From Octopus vulgaris (lineage: Eukaryota), in NCBI GenBank assembly GCA_951406725.2, contig OX597829.1:21390001-21454000 (forward strand): DNA of 64,000 nucleotides, read 5' to 3'. Positions 1 to 53,526 of this stretch are shown here, one piece after another. The notes below the pieces were generated by a model that saw only the letters and a list, made by a program, of their open reading frames with translations, had not been told where the DNA came from and made no database searches. How positions within the stretch are numbered: position 1 is the first letter of the stretch; the number at the start of each line of letters is the position of its first letter. The position numbers and the translations under genes are program-made.

Positions 1-720
1 GGCCTTTCACTCAGAGTGAAAGGTAGACTGTATGATGCATGTACACAAACAGCCATGCTACATGGATTACGACTGCTGAGGGTATGCATAGGCTTGAAAG
101 AAATGAAGCTAGTATGATCTGCTGGATGTGTAATATCAGTGTGTATACACAACAGAGTGTAAGCACCTTGAGAGAAAAGTTGGACATAAGAAGCATCAGA
201 TGTGGTGTGCAAGAGAGATGACTGTGCTGGTATGGTCATGTATTGTGTATGGATGAGGACAGCTGTGTAAAGAAGTGTCACACCCTAACAGTGGAGAGAA
301 CCTGCAGAAGAGGAAGACATGAGATGAAGTGGTGAAGCATGACCTCCAAATGTTGGGTCTCACAGAGGAACTGACAAGTAACTGAGACCTTTGGAGATAT
401 GCTGTGCTTGAGAAGACCCAGCAAGTCAAGTGAGATTGTAGCTGTGGCCGATGCTAGTGTCACATAACCAGCCCGTTTAAAGTCTCCTTTAATTGTCGGG
501 GTAATATGCTGTGCTTGAGAAGACATGTTGAGTCAAGTGAAATCATAGTCATGGCTGATACCAGTGCTGCCTAACTGGCACCTGTGCCAGTGGCACATAA
601 AAAGCACCATTCGAGCATGGTCGATGCCAGTGATGCCTGACTGGCCCCCATGTCAGTGGTATGTAAAAATCACTCATTACACTCTTGGAGTGGTTGGCGT
701 TAGGAAGGTAGCCATAACAT
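1..720 (+). mobile_element. RTE-clade LINE 3' end (degenerate RT C-terminus plus 3' UTR)
   Basis: Translation HRLERNEASMICWMCNISV..LREKLDIRSIRCGVQER..WYGHVL.MDEDSCVKKC..RRGR matches the RTE C-terminal pattern (MLRWMC...RLRWYGHV.RM...RGRP). It contains stops and frameshifts. Confidence 0.75.
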
Positions 721-939
721 TAGAGATGTTTGTACTTGATAGTTCATTGATATCAAGGCACAGGTGTTGTTTATGTGGTAAGAAGCCTGTTTGCCAACCA
801 CATGGCTTCAGGTCCAGTCCCAAGGCATACTCCATGGTGACTTGTACAGTAGCTCTGGGCTGACGAAAGCTTTGTGAGAGGATTTGATAGACAAAAACTG
901 AAAAAAGCTTGTCCTGTGTGTGTGCGCGTGCGTGTGTGT

Positions 940-979
<40 letters not shown>

Positions 980-1251
980 TTCTGTCTCTTTACATTGAAT
1001 TTTGTGTAATAGTAATCAAAAATGAGTGTTACCATTACAGAAGTAGTGTCCTTCATTTACAATCTTCCATGAAAACACGTCTGCTCAGAAAGGAAATACT
1101 ACCATAATTGGAAATAGTTAAGGATTGGCAACTAGAAAAGAGGATGTAAAGACAATGATGATGATGATGATGATGATATAAAATGATAATGTTGCAGTAG
1201 TAATTTTTCAGTTTGGATTTCTTTCTTTTCTTTTTTTTAAAATTTTACTAG

Positions 1252-38979
<37,728 letters not shown>

Positions 38980-41218
38980 AATTTTTATAAGGAGACACGA
39001 CAAAAGGATGAAAGAAGATTTAGAGAAAGAAAAGAAGACTATTTTTTTAAATTAATGCACATGATTGGGTTTTCTTTTTCCCTTTTCTTTTTTTTCTTTT
39101 TTCTTTTTTTTTTTCAATCATATCTGACACACCTTTAAATTAATAACATTATTCAGAAGTTTAAATTATAAATACAAACAGTAGTAATATGATGAAAAAT
39201 CCCTTTCTAGTGTGAACATATAGACAGCTTAAGAAGAAAATATATTTAGTTGAAGGTGAGTTCAGCTTATTTAGATGATAAAAGTGAGTTCATCTTAAAT
39301 AGCTTATGTGTGAAGAATAAATGATTTGCTTTGTTTTGATTTGAGTAAAATCAAGGTTCTTTGTGAAGAATGGTTTGACAAAAGGAATTCTGTCTTGCAT
39401 TTCTCACAGATTTTCTTTGCAAAATACTTTAAACACAAAGAATATTGATGAGCAATGAAAACTTTTAAAGCTTCTCAAATTTTTCACTCTATTGCATATA
39501 TTATTTGAGAAAATGCTTATTTAATTCTAGATCATTTTATTTTATTTATATGTGATCTGGTTTAGATCTTTGTAGAAGCTATAGAAATTACACTGAAAGT
39601 TATTAGTTTTTTTTGTTTTTTGGGGGGTTTTTTTTAATTACATTCTCTGTTTTTACTGGGTTATTTTAAGGATAATAGAATGGTTAATATAGAAAATGAG
39701 ACTTAAAATTGTGTACAATGAAGATTATTGTAATAAAAAGGAGAATGAATGTGTCTGAATTTTGCAGTGATAGTATCAATACTAGTGATATTAATTTTGG
39801 TATTGCTCTTTCTTTTTATTGCAATATGGTGGGGACTTTGTTCATATCTACTATGTAAAATTATACTGAAACACCAACTATGCAACTTTTCTTTCAATTA
39901 CAATGATATGGGCACAATTAGAAATGATAACAAAGCAAAAAAATGTAGATATAATCATTTTCATAATTCTGATCTTAATGCTTCAGATTTATGTGGATTA
40001 TAAAGGTGATAGTTATGGTAAGGATTATAATATTCTTAATGGAAAGGAGGATTGGGGAACGCAGAGACAGTAATTTATTTTGTCCTTGTTTATGTGAACT
40101 TTAACTCCCACTGTTGGGAGGGGGGATCACCTTTCGCCTCTACTGAGGTCAATAAATTAAATGTCAGTAATGTAGTAGGGTCAGTTTGATTTACTGTACC
40201 ATCCTACACAAATTTATGCCTATATACTAATATAAGAATTCAGGTTTAATGGGGATGTTTTATCATCTATAATGGTGATGACTGTAAATGATCGTTGTTA
40301 TTATTTTAAAGCTGTTAACTCTATTGACTTATGTCTGAACCTAACATATGCACAAATTTTGAATTTACTTATAACTTATGAAGTATTACTAGATAACTAC
40401 TAATGTCTGATTTTTATTTCTACTGACTACTATATGATAAGCCAATGTCTACTAATGCTAAAGTTAAGGTTAGTATGCCAGGATCCTTATATCTATTTAT
40501 TGATTTAGAGTCTATATGACAAGAATAGATTTACAAATGATTAGTCTAAGATTAGTAATGGACCCCTATTTAGTTAATAATGCCAAACTTGCAAATGGCT
40601 AGTATGTAATTATTAAAGACTACTATATTGTAAATGAATAGTAATATATCTACTAATGGATATGCTAGTGGTTTGCAATACATCCAGTAAAGTTTACTAT
40701 ATATTTATTAATTTTTAGTTTATAGTAAGTAATTGTTACTATAGTGATATTATGGGTTACTCTTCAATATATTGATGTTTTGATTTAGCCTTTATTTTGT
40801 AATTACTTTACAGTTAGTAAGAATTAGGCTTGTCTCATTTTTATTATATAATTATTGATTGTTGTATAACTACTAGTGATTTCTCAGTATTTTTAGATAG
40901 TGTTTAGCAAAATTTTTTTTATATATCTGGGTTTCCTCATTAGACACAAATATGAAGAGTATAATTGTATAATTCATTAACTCAACCCAACTGAAGCTCA
41001 CTGATACTCTTATCTCTCAATAAATCATGAAAAAAACAAACTCCAACTACAGTTTGAAGTTGGACTATGGAACCAGTAAACTAGTCACAGTAAAGCATCT
41101 GGTTCATATATTTACTATATGCTCTACCCTGGTAACAGAAAGTAAATGTTACAGCAAATTTTTTAAGCACTAGAATTGATTAGATTTTGGTATACGATCA
41201 GTATATTTTTTTTTTTTT

Positions 41219-41618
41219 TTTACTTGTATCAGTCATTTGACTGCGGCCATGCTGGAGCACCGCCTTTAGTCGAGCAAATCGACCCCGGGATTTATTCTTT
41301 GTAAGCCCAGTACTTATTCTATCGGTCTCTTTTTGCCGAACCGCCAAGTGACGGCAACGTAAACACACCAGCATCGGTTGTCAAGCAATGCTAGGGGGAC
41401 AAACACAGACACACAAACACACACACACACATACATATATATATATACATATATACGACAGGCTTCTTTCAGTTTCCGTCTACCAAATCCACTCACAAGG
41501 CATTGGTCGGCCTGGGGCTATAGCAGAAGACACTTGCCCAAGATGCCACGCAGTGGGACTGAACCCAGAACCATGTGGTTGGTAAACAAGCTACTTACCA
41601 CACAGCCACTCCTGCGCC
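41219..41618 (-). mobile_element. SINE family A, young copy
   Basis: Near-identical to 31734-32146. Confidence 0.9.
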
Positions 41619-43272
41619 TATCTTTATACTGCATAATGAAGTCCTAGATATACTATGTCTAAATAAAAGACAGGGTGGTTTCCAATAGAATGCTTTTAAT
41701 CATAGTCTGTTTATTCAGAGTTGAAATGAGGTTAATCAACCATAAAACATCTTTTCCTTCATTATTTAGATCATATTCTTAGGTCGAATCTTAGGTTTGA
41801 TCCCTGTCTTAGAACAGTATTCTTTTTGTAACTCACTCCCAAAGTATATTTTCTTTCAATCTGTGTCTCAACAATTCAAACTGAACATTATTATCAACAA
41901 CAACTTCAGGGCAGTGAGCTGGCAGAATTCTTAGCACACTGGGCAGCATTTTGTTCATCTCTACATTCCAAGTTCAAATTCTGACTTTGCCTTTCATCCG
42001 TTTAAGCATCAATAAAGTAAGTACCAGTTGAGCACTAGAGTCAATGCAGTTGACTGACCTCTCCCTCGACCTTGCTGGCCTTGTGCCAAAATTTGAAACC
42101 ATTATTATCAACATCTGCTTGTGATCTATACCTGTTTTGTAGCATAGTTGGAACACCAAATTAAAAGCCAAGCATGTGCATATGATAATAGCTAAGAAAC
42201 CCATACTACACTGCATAACATTTATACATTCATTAATCAAAGGATAGTTTAGGAAATGTCTGAAGTGTTGATGGAAGGGAAAATGCATCTTAATTATTGG
42301 GATGAAACCTAATTTCAGTAAGGAATTTCATTATAAGTTGTTGAGTATGTTTCCTGCTTGGAAGAAGTATCTTGCTTAGCAGGCAAGGTGTACTGGATTT
42401 TGAATAACTTAAAATATATGTAGAGCATAAACATAAATGACATACTACTACTATTGGACAAGCTTCTTAATATAGTTGAGACTCCATATATGACATTATA
42501 GACGAGTGAGAAGTAATGGAAATCAAAGATTTTGACGGTACATTTAGTCATAATCAGAACCTCCAATTAGTAGTCTCTATCAAGCCTTCAAAATTCACAT
42601 TAAACTCATCTGGTTGTTCTTAATCTAGAAATGGTCTAAAAAAAAACAAGGAACAAAGCAAATTATAACTTCTAAAACTGAAATAAGTTTAAATATGTCT
42701 GAATTAGATGTGTATCAGCCTTCTATCAGGAATACTGAAAGGTAGGTATATGTACTGAAAGACAGGTACATAGCATTATCTGAGATTACATTGATAAGTG
42801 TGGGATTTCAGTAAACTATTGAAGTAAATATATTGGGGCAAGTTAATTTAATCTCCCTTATCATAGATGAGATCAAACTGACCTTTTAATATTTTACATA
42901 ATTTTGGTGTAGGATAACCATCGTCAACTTATAGATGTGACATAGGATTTCCCTGTTCTTATTCAATATATTATATCACCACAGGATAAATATGTAGAAA
43001 AGTGTGGGACAGGAAAGAAGCCTCTCTGCAGTTGCTCAGCCTTTCAGAAACAGCAACCAAGTATTCTTTAAATCACATCCCACTGTCTTACAAAAGGATG
43101 GACACATTTGATTATGTAATCCTAGATTTACAAAAAAGACAGATTGCCCATGGCTAGAATGCCTTTGACATAGTGCTGCTCAAGCAGTTCTGATATAGGA
43201 CTAAAAAAAAATAATAATAGTAATAGTAATAGTAATAATAATAATAATAAATGTCCAGATGCAGTATCACTC

Positions 43273-43310
<38 letters not shown>

Positions 43311-44479
43311 TAATAATAATCTTTTCTACTTTTGGCACAAGACCTGAAATTTGTGTGGGGTGGAGGCTTGTTGATTACATTGATCCCAACATTTGATTGG
43401 TTCTTATTTCATTGACTCTGAAAGGATGAAAAGCAGAGTCAACCTCAGAGAAGAATTTGAACTTAGAATGTAAAGACAGATGAAATGCTGCTTAGCATTC
43501 TGTCTGTTGTGCTAACAATTCTGACAGCTTGCATAGCCTGCAAGCCAAAGACAGTGAACTCTATCTCAATTTGTATATATATATATAGCAACCAACTCTC
43601 TCTAAAATCATACCCTACTATCTTACATTAAGATAGGATGCAATCGATAATATAGTTAGTATGCATTTCATTAGAGGTTTTATTAGGTAAGATTGGCCTT
43701 GGGCTAAACAGCAACAATATTTAGATAGTAATTCAGAATTTGATGTCAGTAATGAGCGTGAGAAAATGACTGCATAGTAATAATAGTAATGATCTGAAAA
43801 TATTTAGTCAGGACTATGATATACTTCCTTATGTATGACAATATCTGAGTGCTTGAGTGTATTTGAACAAGTAGAGAACAGCTCTTCTTTTAAATATGTC
43901 AAGTTGGAAATATAATTTTTTTATTTCTTTTTTAATCTTTCCCATTAAACTTCATATTTCTGAGTTTATGAATCTTAATCTTTTTTATTACTGTACCACA
44001 GAAACTGTAAAACAATTTTCCTAGAGGTGTATACTTTGAGTGATCCACCCTTATCGTTGACCTCCAAATATACATTTACATTGATTGTGTGTGTGTGTGT
44101 GTGTGTGTGTGCATGTGTGTATGTGTGTATGTGTTTGTTTCTGAGAGCGTGAGTGTGTGTGTATACATACACACACATGCATATATATATATATATATAT
44201 ATACACATGTGTGTATGTGTATCATATATATGTATATTGTATATAAGAGCAGCAATTTTTTTCTTTTAGACATGTATTTAAAACATAAGTGTATTTAAAT
44301 TTTACCATTTTTATCAAGGCTTTTCTCAAAGTTTTATATTAGTTCTAAGCAGTTTGTTTGGAACAACAAAGTTCTCAAACACCTTCATTATTGTTTCTGA
44401 ACCCTCATAATCTCATCTTCATGAAGGTGATATCAGCATATATTGTTGCCTCTTTGTTGTATGAGGGTGGTGGGAGACC

Positions 44480-44885
44480 AGTGGTGTAGCAGTGTGGGTA
44501 AGAAGCTTGCTTCTCAACCACATGGCTCTGGGTTCAGTCCCATTGTGTGGCACCTTGGGCAAGCATCTCCTTCTATAGTATATGATCAACTTTGCGATTG
44601 AATATGGTAGACAGAAACTAAAAGAAGCCCATCATGTGCATGTGTGTCTGTGTGTGTGTGTGTGTGTGTGTATTTGTGTCTGTGTTCGTCCCCCACAACC
44701 ATTCGACAATCAGTGTTGATTTGTTTACATCCCTGTCACTAGCAGTTCAGCAAAAGAGTCCACTATAATAAGTACCATTCTTCAAAAATAATAAGTACTG
44801 TGATTTGATTCATTCAACTAAAATACTTCAAGGCAGTGCCCCAGTGTGGCCACAGTCCAATGACTGAAACAAATAAAAGATAAAA
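44480..44885 (+). mobile_element. SINE family A, older copy (another at ~51010-51360)
   Basis: Diverged similarity over head, body and tail. Confidence 0.7.
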
Positions 44886-45717
44886 AATCATAAGATAACA
44901 TATAGTAACCACAAGCAAAAAATAAATACCTGACTGAAGACATATAAATGTAATGGTCAGAAGTTCAAAGTCTTGTAATGTATTTAACAATCATATATAA
45001 GAGGCAACAATACACACCAATATCACTTCATCTTGAAGGTAAGACTGTGAAGGTCTAAAAATGTGGATGATGGATTTGGGAACTTGACTTCTCCAAACAA
45101 AGAACAAGAAACTGATACAAAAAATATGAAACAACAAAAAGTCTTAATTAAAAAAGACAAAACTAGATTGCAGTTATGCTTTCTATACAATACACACACA
45201 CACGCGCACGCACGCACACACACACACGCACACACACACACACACACATACACCCATTCATCCAACCAATTAACCAAACAACCATCCATCCTTCCTTCCT
45301 TCCTTTTCATGCTCCACTAGACAGAAGCAGGTGAAGTGAAGAAATTACTATAGTTATTGTTCACTTTGAATTCTTATATGATGGTGCTTGAAGCAAAAAT
45401 ATCAACTGAAGAAAGGGATTGCAAAGGAATGTAATATTTGGAGTGTTGAGACAACTGCATTTCTAGAGTATAAAATAAATACAAGTAGATTTATGAAACT
45501 ATGAAGCTATAGTATAGAATCATCAAGTTCAAAGGAAGAAGAGCAATTTGGTTATTGTGGGAAGAAACAGTGTCATGCCATGCTATTGGTTGAAAAGTGT
45601 TAATGATCAAACACTTAAAGAGGACCAGATTGATATATTAGAATATTAGGGCTAAGATTTCTTGAAAGTTTAACATGTAAAAGTGATAAATTAAAAATAA
45701 AATCTCCCTTCTGTTAA

Positions 45718-45938
45718 CCCTTTCATTACTAACCTGGCTGAAACCGGCTCTGGCTCTGTAGCACAAATGTCTTGTTTTCATAAGTTTTGAATTAAAATCT
45801 TTCACCAAACTTTAATCATAGTTTATATTCCTAACACTAGCTGAATGATAACTAAATTATTTTACTAAATTCTTTGTTATATTTAAAGTAATCGAAAGAA
45901 ACACAGAGCATCTCAAAATAAATACAGTAACAAAAGGG
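45718..45938. mobile_element. piggyBac-type MITE (same family as 5418-5637)
   Basis: TTAA TSD, CCCTTT/AAAGGG ends, high similarity to the first copy. Confidence 0.85.
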
Positions 45939-47734
45939 TTAATGCTTATTGACTAACATTGAAAGATGCTGGCGCTATAAAAAGAAAGGCCTTTGTTTCT
46001 GTTACATAATATTCATTACAACAAATATTTTAATACTTTTGTCCTGTTGGTTGAAATAGCAAGCAGTTCTGATATTAATATCTAATAATCAGCTGAAAGA
46101 ATGCTGAGGGGTTAATATTTAGGTGGAGAGGGTATAAAACCAGAAATTTAGACAAGTATTAGATAAATGAGGAACCCAGCTCAAAAGTATTTGAAGACCA
46201 TTAATGAATGTAAGTTAGTCTATTTAGTTGAAAATATCAATGAGAGAAAGTAATAAAGTTGGTCTGAATGGAATGGAAATTAGGGAAAAGCAGAAGAAAT
46301 GATGGTATGCTGAATAAAATACATTTAGTCTCTCAGGAATCTGGGTTTGTCTTATTTTAGTTTTGGTTTGCTTAATTTCCCTCTTAGCTTGATCAAATGC
46401 ATACCAACACTAGAATTACAAAAGTGATTGCTTTTTCCTTCTTTGTGCTTCTTCTGTACAATGGAGAGATCAAGATGGCTAAATGACTTTAATTTGAATT
46501 GTTGCAGGTTGGTTGTTGTTAGTTAATACTTGATTAACAAAAGAAAAAAAAACCCAAAAAACAAACATAATATATGAACAAAGAGTGGGTTCAACAGAGA
46601 TAAGTTTATGAAAAGGGAAAATGAAAGATGAAGCTTCTGCCCCCATCTTTTGCTTCCTGGAAATTTATCTTTCTAGTTATACAATGAAGTGGAAAAAGCA
46701 GAAAAGGTACTTCATTGAGTCGAGTTATATTAAAGTGTTTTTAAATAGTTCTTGGGAAACAGAGGCTATTGTGATATCAGTCAAATTGACAGAGTGCTCA
46801 ACACCTCAACAGAAAGATAATAGCTGAAAGATGTTAGTAAACTGGTAGAGAAAGTATTTTTCTTCAAAGTAGTCTTATGTGAATGAATGTAATGGGTGCA
46901 ACATCTTTGAAATGTTGTTTCATAGTCAGTTGGCACTCAGTATATGATGTGCCTTATAAAAGGATAACAAGTGATCAGAACTTGTGCTGTTGATGTTGCT
47001 CTTTCTTTTCTTTTTTTTGTTTATTAATTTGTTTGTTTTTGTGAGGATAAATTTTAATGAAAGTGGTAATGCTTCTGTTTATTATCGAAGATTACAGAGA
47101 AATTTGTGCTAATGATAACATTTTTATGTGTTTATAAAGCAAAAGATTAGTTTCAAATTTCAGCTTGAAGGAAAACAAATTATAAAAAAAAACAACAAAA
47201 AAAAAAACTATCAAATTTTAGACAATTTCTAGATATTTCAGAGGGATTGTCCATGATTTGTGAGTACGTCTTTTATATTTATAAATGTTTTTAAAAACAA
47301 CTGAATTTCTATCACAGTAACATTTTTTCTTTACTTTTTTCTTTCTAAAATTTCAAATTGGGACAAATTTAATTAATAAAACTAAATTGATTATATAAAT
47401 TAAAATTATAATTTATAGTTAAACACATAAACATTAAAAATGAAATAATAACATTATCATGCTGTATATTACAATCACTGAATTGTAATTAAAAAAAAAT
47501 AAAAAAAGACAACAAAAAAATATGTATTTGTAAATACACACATTCATTCTTTTCAGATCATTGAATTTACCTGAAAACATTATTTTCTCCCGAAGTGTAT
47601 TGTCCAAAGTTTGATTCTTTACATTTAAAATATTTTCATTGCTTTATAATTAGGAAATAAAGAAAATAAATGATACATTTAATTTTTTTTTATAATGTAG
47701 ATATTCTTCAAAATAAAATATTTAAATGTATTCA

Positions 47735-47752
47735 CATACACATATATGCACA

Positions 47753-47788
<36 letters not shown>

Positions 47789-48132
47789 CATACATACATA
47801 CATACATACATACACACACATATATATAATATATATATATATTTACGTACATATAAATATATATAAATATATATATACATACATACATACATATACATAC
47901 ATATACTATACACATACATATGCATACATATATATACATACATATACATACATATATGTACATATACATGCATATATATACATATATGAATACATATATA
48001 TATATATATATACATACATATATATATATACATATACATACATATATATATGAATACATATATACATATATATACACATATATACATACATATATATGTG
48101 CATACATAAATACACACACACATATATACATA
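47735..48132. repeat. Degenerate (TA)/(TACA)n low-complexity tract
   Basis: Directly visible. Confidence 0.9.
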
Positions 48133-48442
48133 TCCCTCATATTTCTTCAGATCTACCTACCTACCTACTTACCAAGCCTTCACAAAAGTAAAAAAAGAGA
48201 GAGACAGGAAAAAGGAAAATGTCCCATCTATTTGAAAACTATGGGAATATTTTTAAAAAAACATATCAATTAATTTTTCCACAATCTAATTGTTTTCATG
48301 CTTTACCCTAAGTTGAAAAAGTCTCAAAGACTGAAACTAGTACTAAAATGTTCTTCATGATGAAATTCTTTTAGCATTTTCTACCTTGTCCTATTTTCCT
48401 TATATATATATATATATATACACATACATACATACATGTATA

Positions 48443-48608
48443 CACACTTCAGGAAAGGAAAAAATCTATATGAATATTTTAATTCAGTATTATTTCAATT
48501 TATTCAGTGTTATCACAATTTGATAAAACATCAAAAGAGGTATCTATATTTTTAGAGGTACTTATACATGTCAAATATTTATACAAATTTTCTCTTTCCT
48601 GAAGTGTG
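48443..48608. mobile_element. TA-flanked MITE (166 bp) with ~36-bp imperfect TIRs
   Basis: TA-CACACTTCAGGAAAG...CTTTCCTGAAGTGTG-TA. Confidence 0.7.
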
Positions 48609-49280
48609 TATACATTATTTTGATGGACTCTGTATATGTAGTAGAGATTGTGCAACTGCTACTGTTATGGTTAGAGCTACACATAGAGTATCATTATCCA
48701 GTGTGATTCCTGTTTAGTTTGTTACGTAACTTCTATAGTGAACAGTATTACCAGTTTATGAGCTACAGAGCAAATGTTGGAGAAATAAGGATGAACACAA
48801 ATTCATATTAAAGAGCTTAGGAACTATAATATGAATTTGTGTTTATACTTATTTAACACACACATACACACACACACGTTCACACACACTCACATGCACA
48901 CACACGCACGCATGCTCACCAGCCTCCCAGACACACACACACACGCACACTGTGACTCTTACTGGGTAAGTTCTATTGCATTTTTGGAAAATTTATCTGA
49001 GAGAACCAGAAAAAGAGATAGATAAAAAAAAAGAGGGAGAGGGAGAGAGAGAGAGAGAGAGTGTGTGTGTGTGTGTGTGTGTAGATGGGCATGACTAAGT
49101 TGTTAAACATTCAGTTTGCAGCCATGAAGACCAAAGCTTGATCTCCTTGTGCGAAACCTTGAACACGTGCCTCTACCATTAACCACAGGGTTGACCTAAG
49201 CCTTGAGAGTGGATTTTTGGGAAAAACAAAGCCTGTGTAGACAGATACCTGTCGAATGGATTGTATTTATAGTTCTATAT

Positions 49281-49495
49281 TTAAGAGATGAGGAATTATG
49301 TACATTATTTACATTTGACAGATATTTGTCCTCATCTTGTTTGTTGTTCAGGTGTCTTGAGGAAATTTTCCAGGTTCAAAATTTACCCAAGACACCTGAT
49401 GAAGGCTGGAGGGTATATCAGCCAAAATGTTGTGTTAACAACAAACAAGATAAGGACAAATATTCATCGAATGTAAGAAATGTAAATAATGTGAA
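49281..49495 (+). mobile_element. Penelope-like fold-back module with a decayed hammerhead
   Basis: Inverted arms 49302-49348 and 49438-49492 around acac-CTGATGA-aggctg..cagcc-aAAAt-GTT-gtgt. Confidence 0.6.
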
Positions 49496-49660
49496 CTGTA
49501 CTTGTAATTCAAAGGTCCACACCCATGTCACGCTTGCCACATTGATTCTGCCTGAGAACTACACTAGAGGTACATGTATCTGTATACTGTCCAGTCACTT
49601 CACGCACCAGTTCAGTTAATCAGTCATACTCATATGTATCAAGTTACAGGAGAGATTTAA

Positions 49661-49697
<37 letters not shown>

Positions 49698-49965
49698 TTG
49701 CAGCGCAACATGACAGGTTGGGGCTCTCTATCATGATAATGCATGCAGAGGAAGGTTAGGCTATTATGCTAGTCCAGAAACCACTCCATGTGAGTCCAAA
49801 TATTTGAATGTATGCTGAGAGATTGTCTTGGTCTGTTTGCCTTCATACGGTTGATTTCTGTAGTTATTATCAGTGTATTTTGGTGATTTAGATAAGAGTT
49901 TTGACTGTTATTTCCAGCAGGTAGACATACTTAGTGTGTCCTTTGATTAATTTTCATCCTTCAGC

Positions 49966-49997
<32 letters not shown>

Positions 49998-50042
49998 TGT
50001 ATGTATATATATATAGATATATATATATCTATATATATATAT

Positions 50043-50227
50043 ACAATTATAAATAATGGCAAAAGAAGAAATTTTCCATGCCAATATGCTGAAAAATAGA
50101 CTTTAGATCATCTAACCGCATAAAATATTTTTCCCTAAAAATATTGTATGTGGTTAGACAATCTAAGGTCTATTTTTCAGCATATTGCCATAGAAAATTA
50201 TTTTCTTTTGCCCTTATTTATAATTGT
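50043..50227. repeat. Long imperfect palindrome (~90-bp arms, 4-nt centre)
   Basis: caatatgctgaaaaatagacc / ggtctatttttcagcatattg and flanking arms; centre at 50133-50136. Confidence 0.9.
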
Positions 50228-50360
50228 TTATAATTTTCACCTTAAAAAATATTTTAATACGCTGGCGACTGATAAATTTTTTTTAAAAATCTTATCCTTA
50301 TATGAGAAGTATATTTATATATATATATGTATGTGTGTGTGTATATATATATATATATAA

Positions 50361-50696
50361 TGTGAAGGCGCATGGCTCAGTGGTTAGAGTGTCGAGCTTA
50401 CGATCGTGAGGTTATAAGCTCGAATCCCAGACCGGGCTGCGTGTTGTGTTCTTGAGCAAGGCACTTTATTTCACGTTGCTCCAGTTCACTCAGCTGTAGA
50501 AATGAGTTGCGACGTCACTGGTGCCAAGCTGTATCGACCTTTGTCTTCCCTTGGATAACACTGGTGGCGTGGAGAGGGGAGGCTGGTATGCATGGGCGAC
50601 TGCTGGCCTTCCATAAACAACCTTGCCCGGACTTGTATCTAGGAAGGTAACTTTCTAGGTGCAATCCCATGGTCATTCATGACCGAAGGGGGTCTT

Positions 50697-50698
<2 letters not shown>
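50361..50698 (+). mobile_element. tRNA-headed SINE family C, young copy
   Basis: A box TGGCTCAGTGG and B-box-like GCTCGAATCC; homologous copy at 59229-59578. Confidence 0.85.
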
Positions 50699-50729
<31 letters not shown>

Positions 50730-50907
50730 TCAAGTGTAATTGCCCAAAACAATAAGGACATCTGGTAACTTGACTGAAGAAAGAAGGCCACAAACGACAT
50801 GTCCTTTTTTTTTCCTATCCTTCTAATTGTTGTTTCTCCTGTCTCTCTTTGCATCATCTATCTATCTAAATGTTTTATTGTCCTCTATTGCACTTTTTGT
50901 TTCATTT

Positions 50908-50941
<34 letters not shown>

Positions 50942-51927
50942 TATATATATATACACACATACATACATACATACATACTTACATACAAGGATAGATAGAT
51001 GGATGGATGGATATGTGGTAAATGAGCTTGTTTTCCAACCACATAGTCCCTGGTTCAGTCCCACTGCAAGGCACTTTGAGCAAGTATCTTCTACTATAGC
51101 CACAGGCCAACCAAAGCCTTGTCAGTGGTTTTGCAAATAAATGTGTAAGTATGTGTGTTTGGGTGTTTGTCCCCCATCACCACATGACAAATGGTGTTGG
51201 TTTGTTTTTGTCCCTTAACTTAGTAATTCAGCAAAAGAAACCAATAGGATGAGTACTAGGCTTAAAAAGAAAAGTAAATGCTGGATTGATTAAATCTTTC
51301 AAGATTTAATCATCACAGCATGGCCACAGTCAAATGATTGAAATGAATAAAAGATAAAAGATGTATGTGAGTGTGTGTGTGTGTGAACATATGAATATGT
51401 ACATACCTGATATGCACATATATGTTTATACTGCAATGTATGTGTAACTCAGTATATATAGAAAAATCATGAAATAAACCAAAGAGTACATAAATTTGTT
51501 CTGACGGTTGATGAGAGACAACTAGACTTTAACCATCATGTTCCTGTTTTTAAAACTTCATATTTGTACTTTGGGACTATAATCCAAAAATTGTTTTGAA
51601 GCAAGATTAGAAATACTTTCTTACAAAAATAATGAATACTCTATTATTCTTCTCTCCTGATCAGCCTTGTTTTCTGATGCAAAATTCTCTTCATACACAA
51701 TTTAATTAATCTACAACACTGAAGATTTATTCTGGATACTAACTGAGAAAACATGCGTGTTCTGACTGCTGATGAAACCTTGCTAGGTTGAAACTGAGAT
51801 TCTTCTGTTGTTAGAGCTGTATGTTCTCTCTTAATTTATTAGAAATACCTTCATATATGTCTGTGTGTTTAGAATTTACATACATGATGTATGTATATAT
51901 GCATATAATGTTGGTATACAGATATAT

Positions 51928-51983
<56 letters not shown>

Positions 51984-52054
51984 GGGGAATATTATTCCAA
52001 ACTTACAGGGAAAAATTCAATTTAGTAATACTAAATCAAATTTCACAATATATA

Positions 52055-53526
<1,472 letters not shown>

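Noticed and set aside
39316-39321. TOGARAM1 polyadenylation signal
   Set aside because: Several AATAAA hexamers occur in AT-rich DNA (39316, ~39732, ~40151), so one cannot be chosen without 3'-end data.
50366-50440. tRNA gene
   Set aside because: A and B boxes are present, but there is no acceptor stem or terminator and it continues into a multi-copy SINE body.
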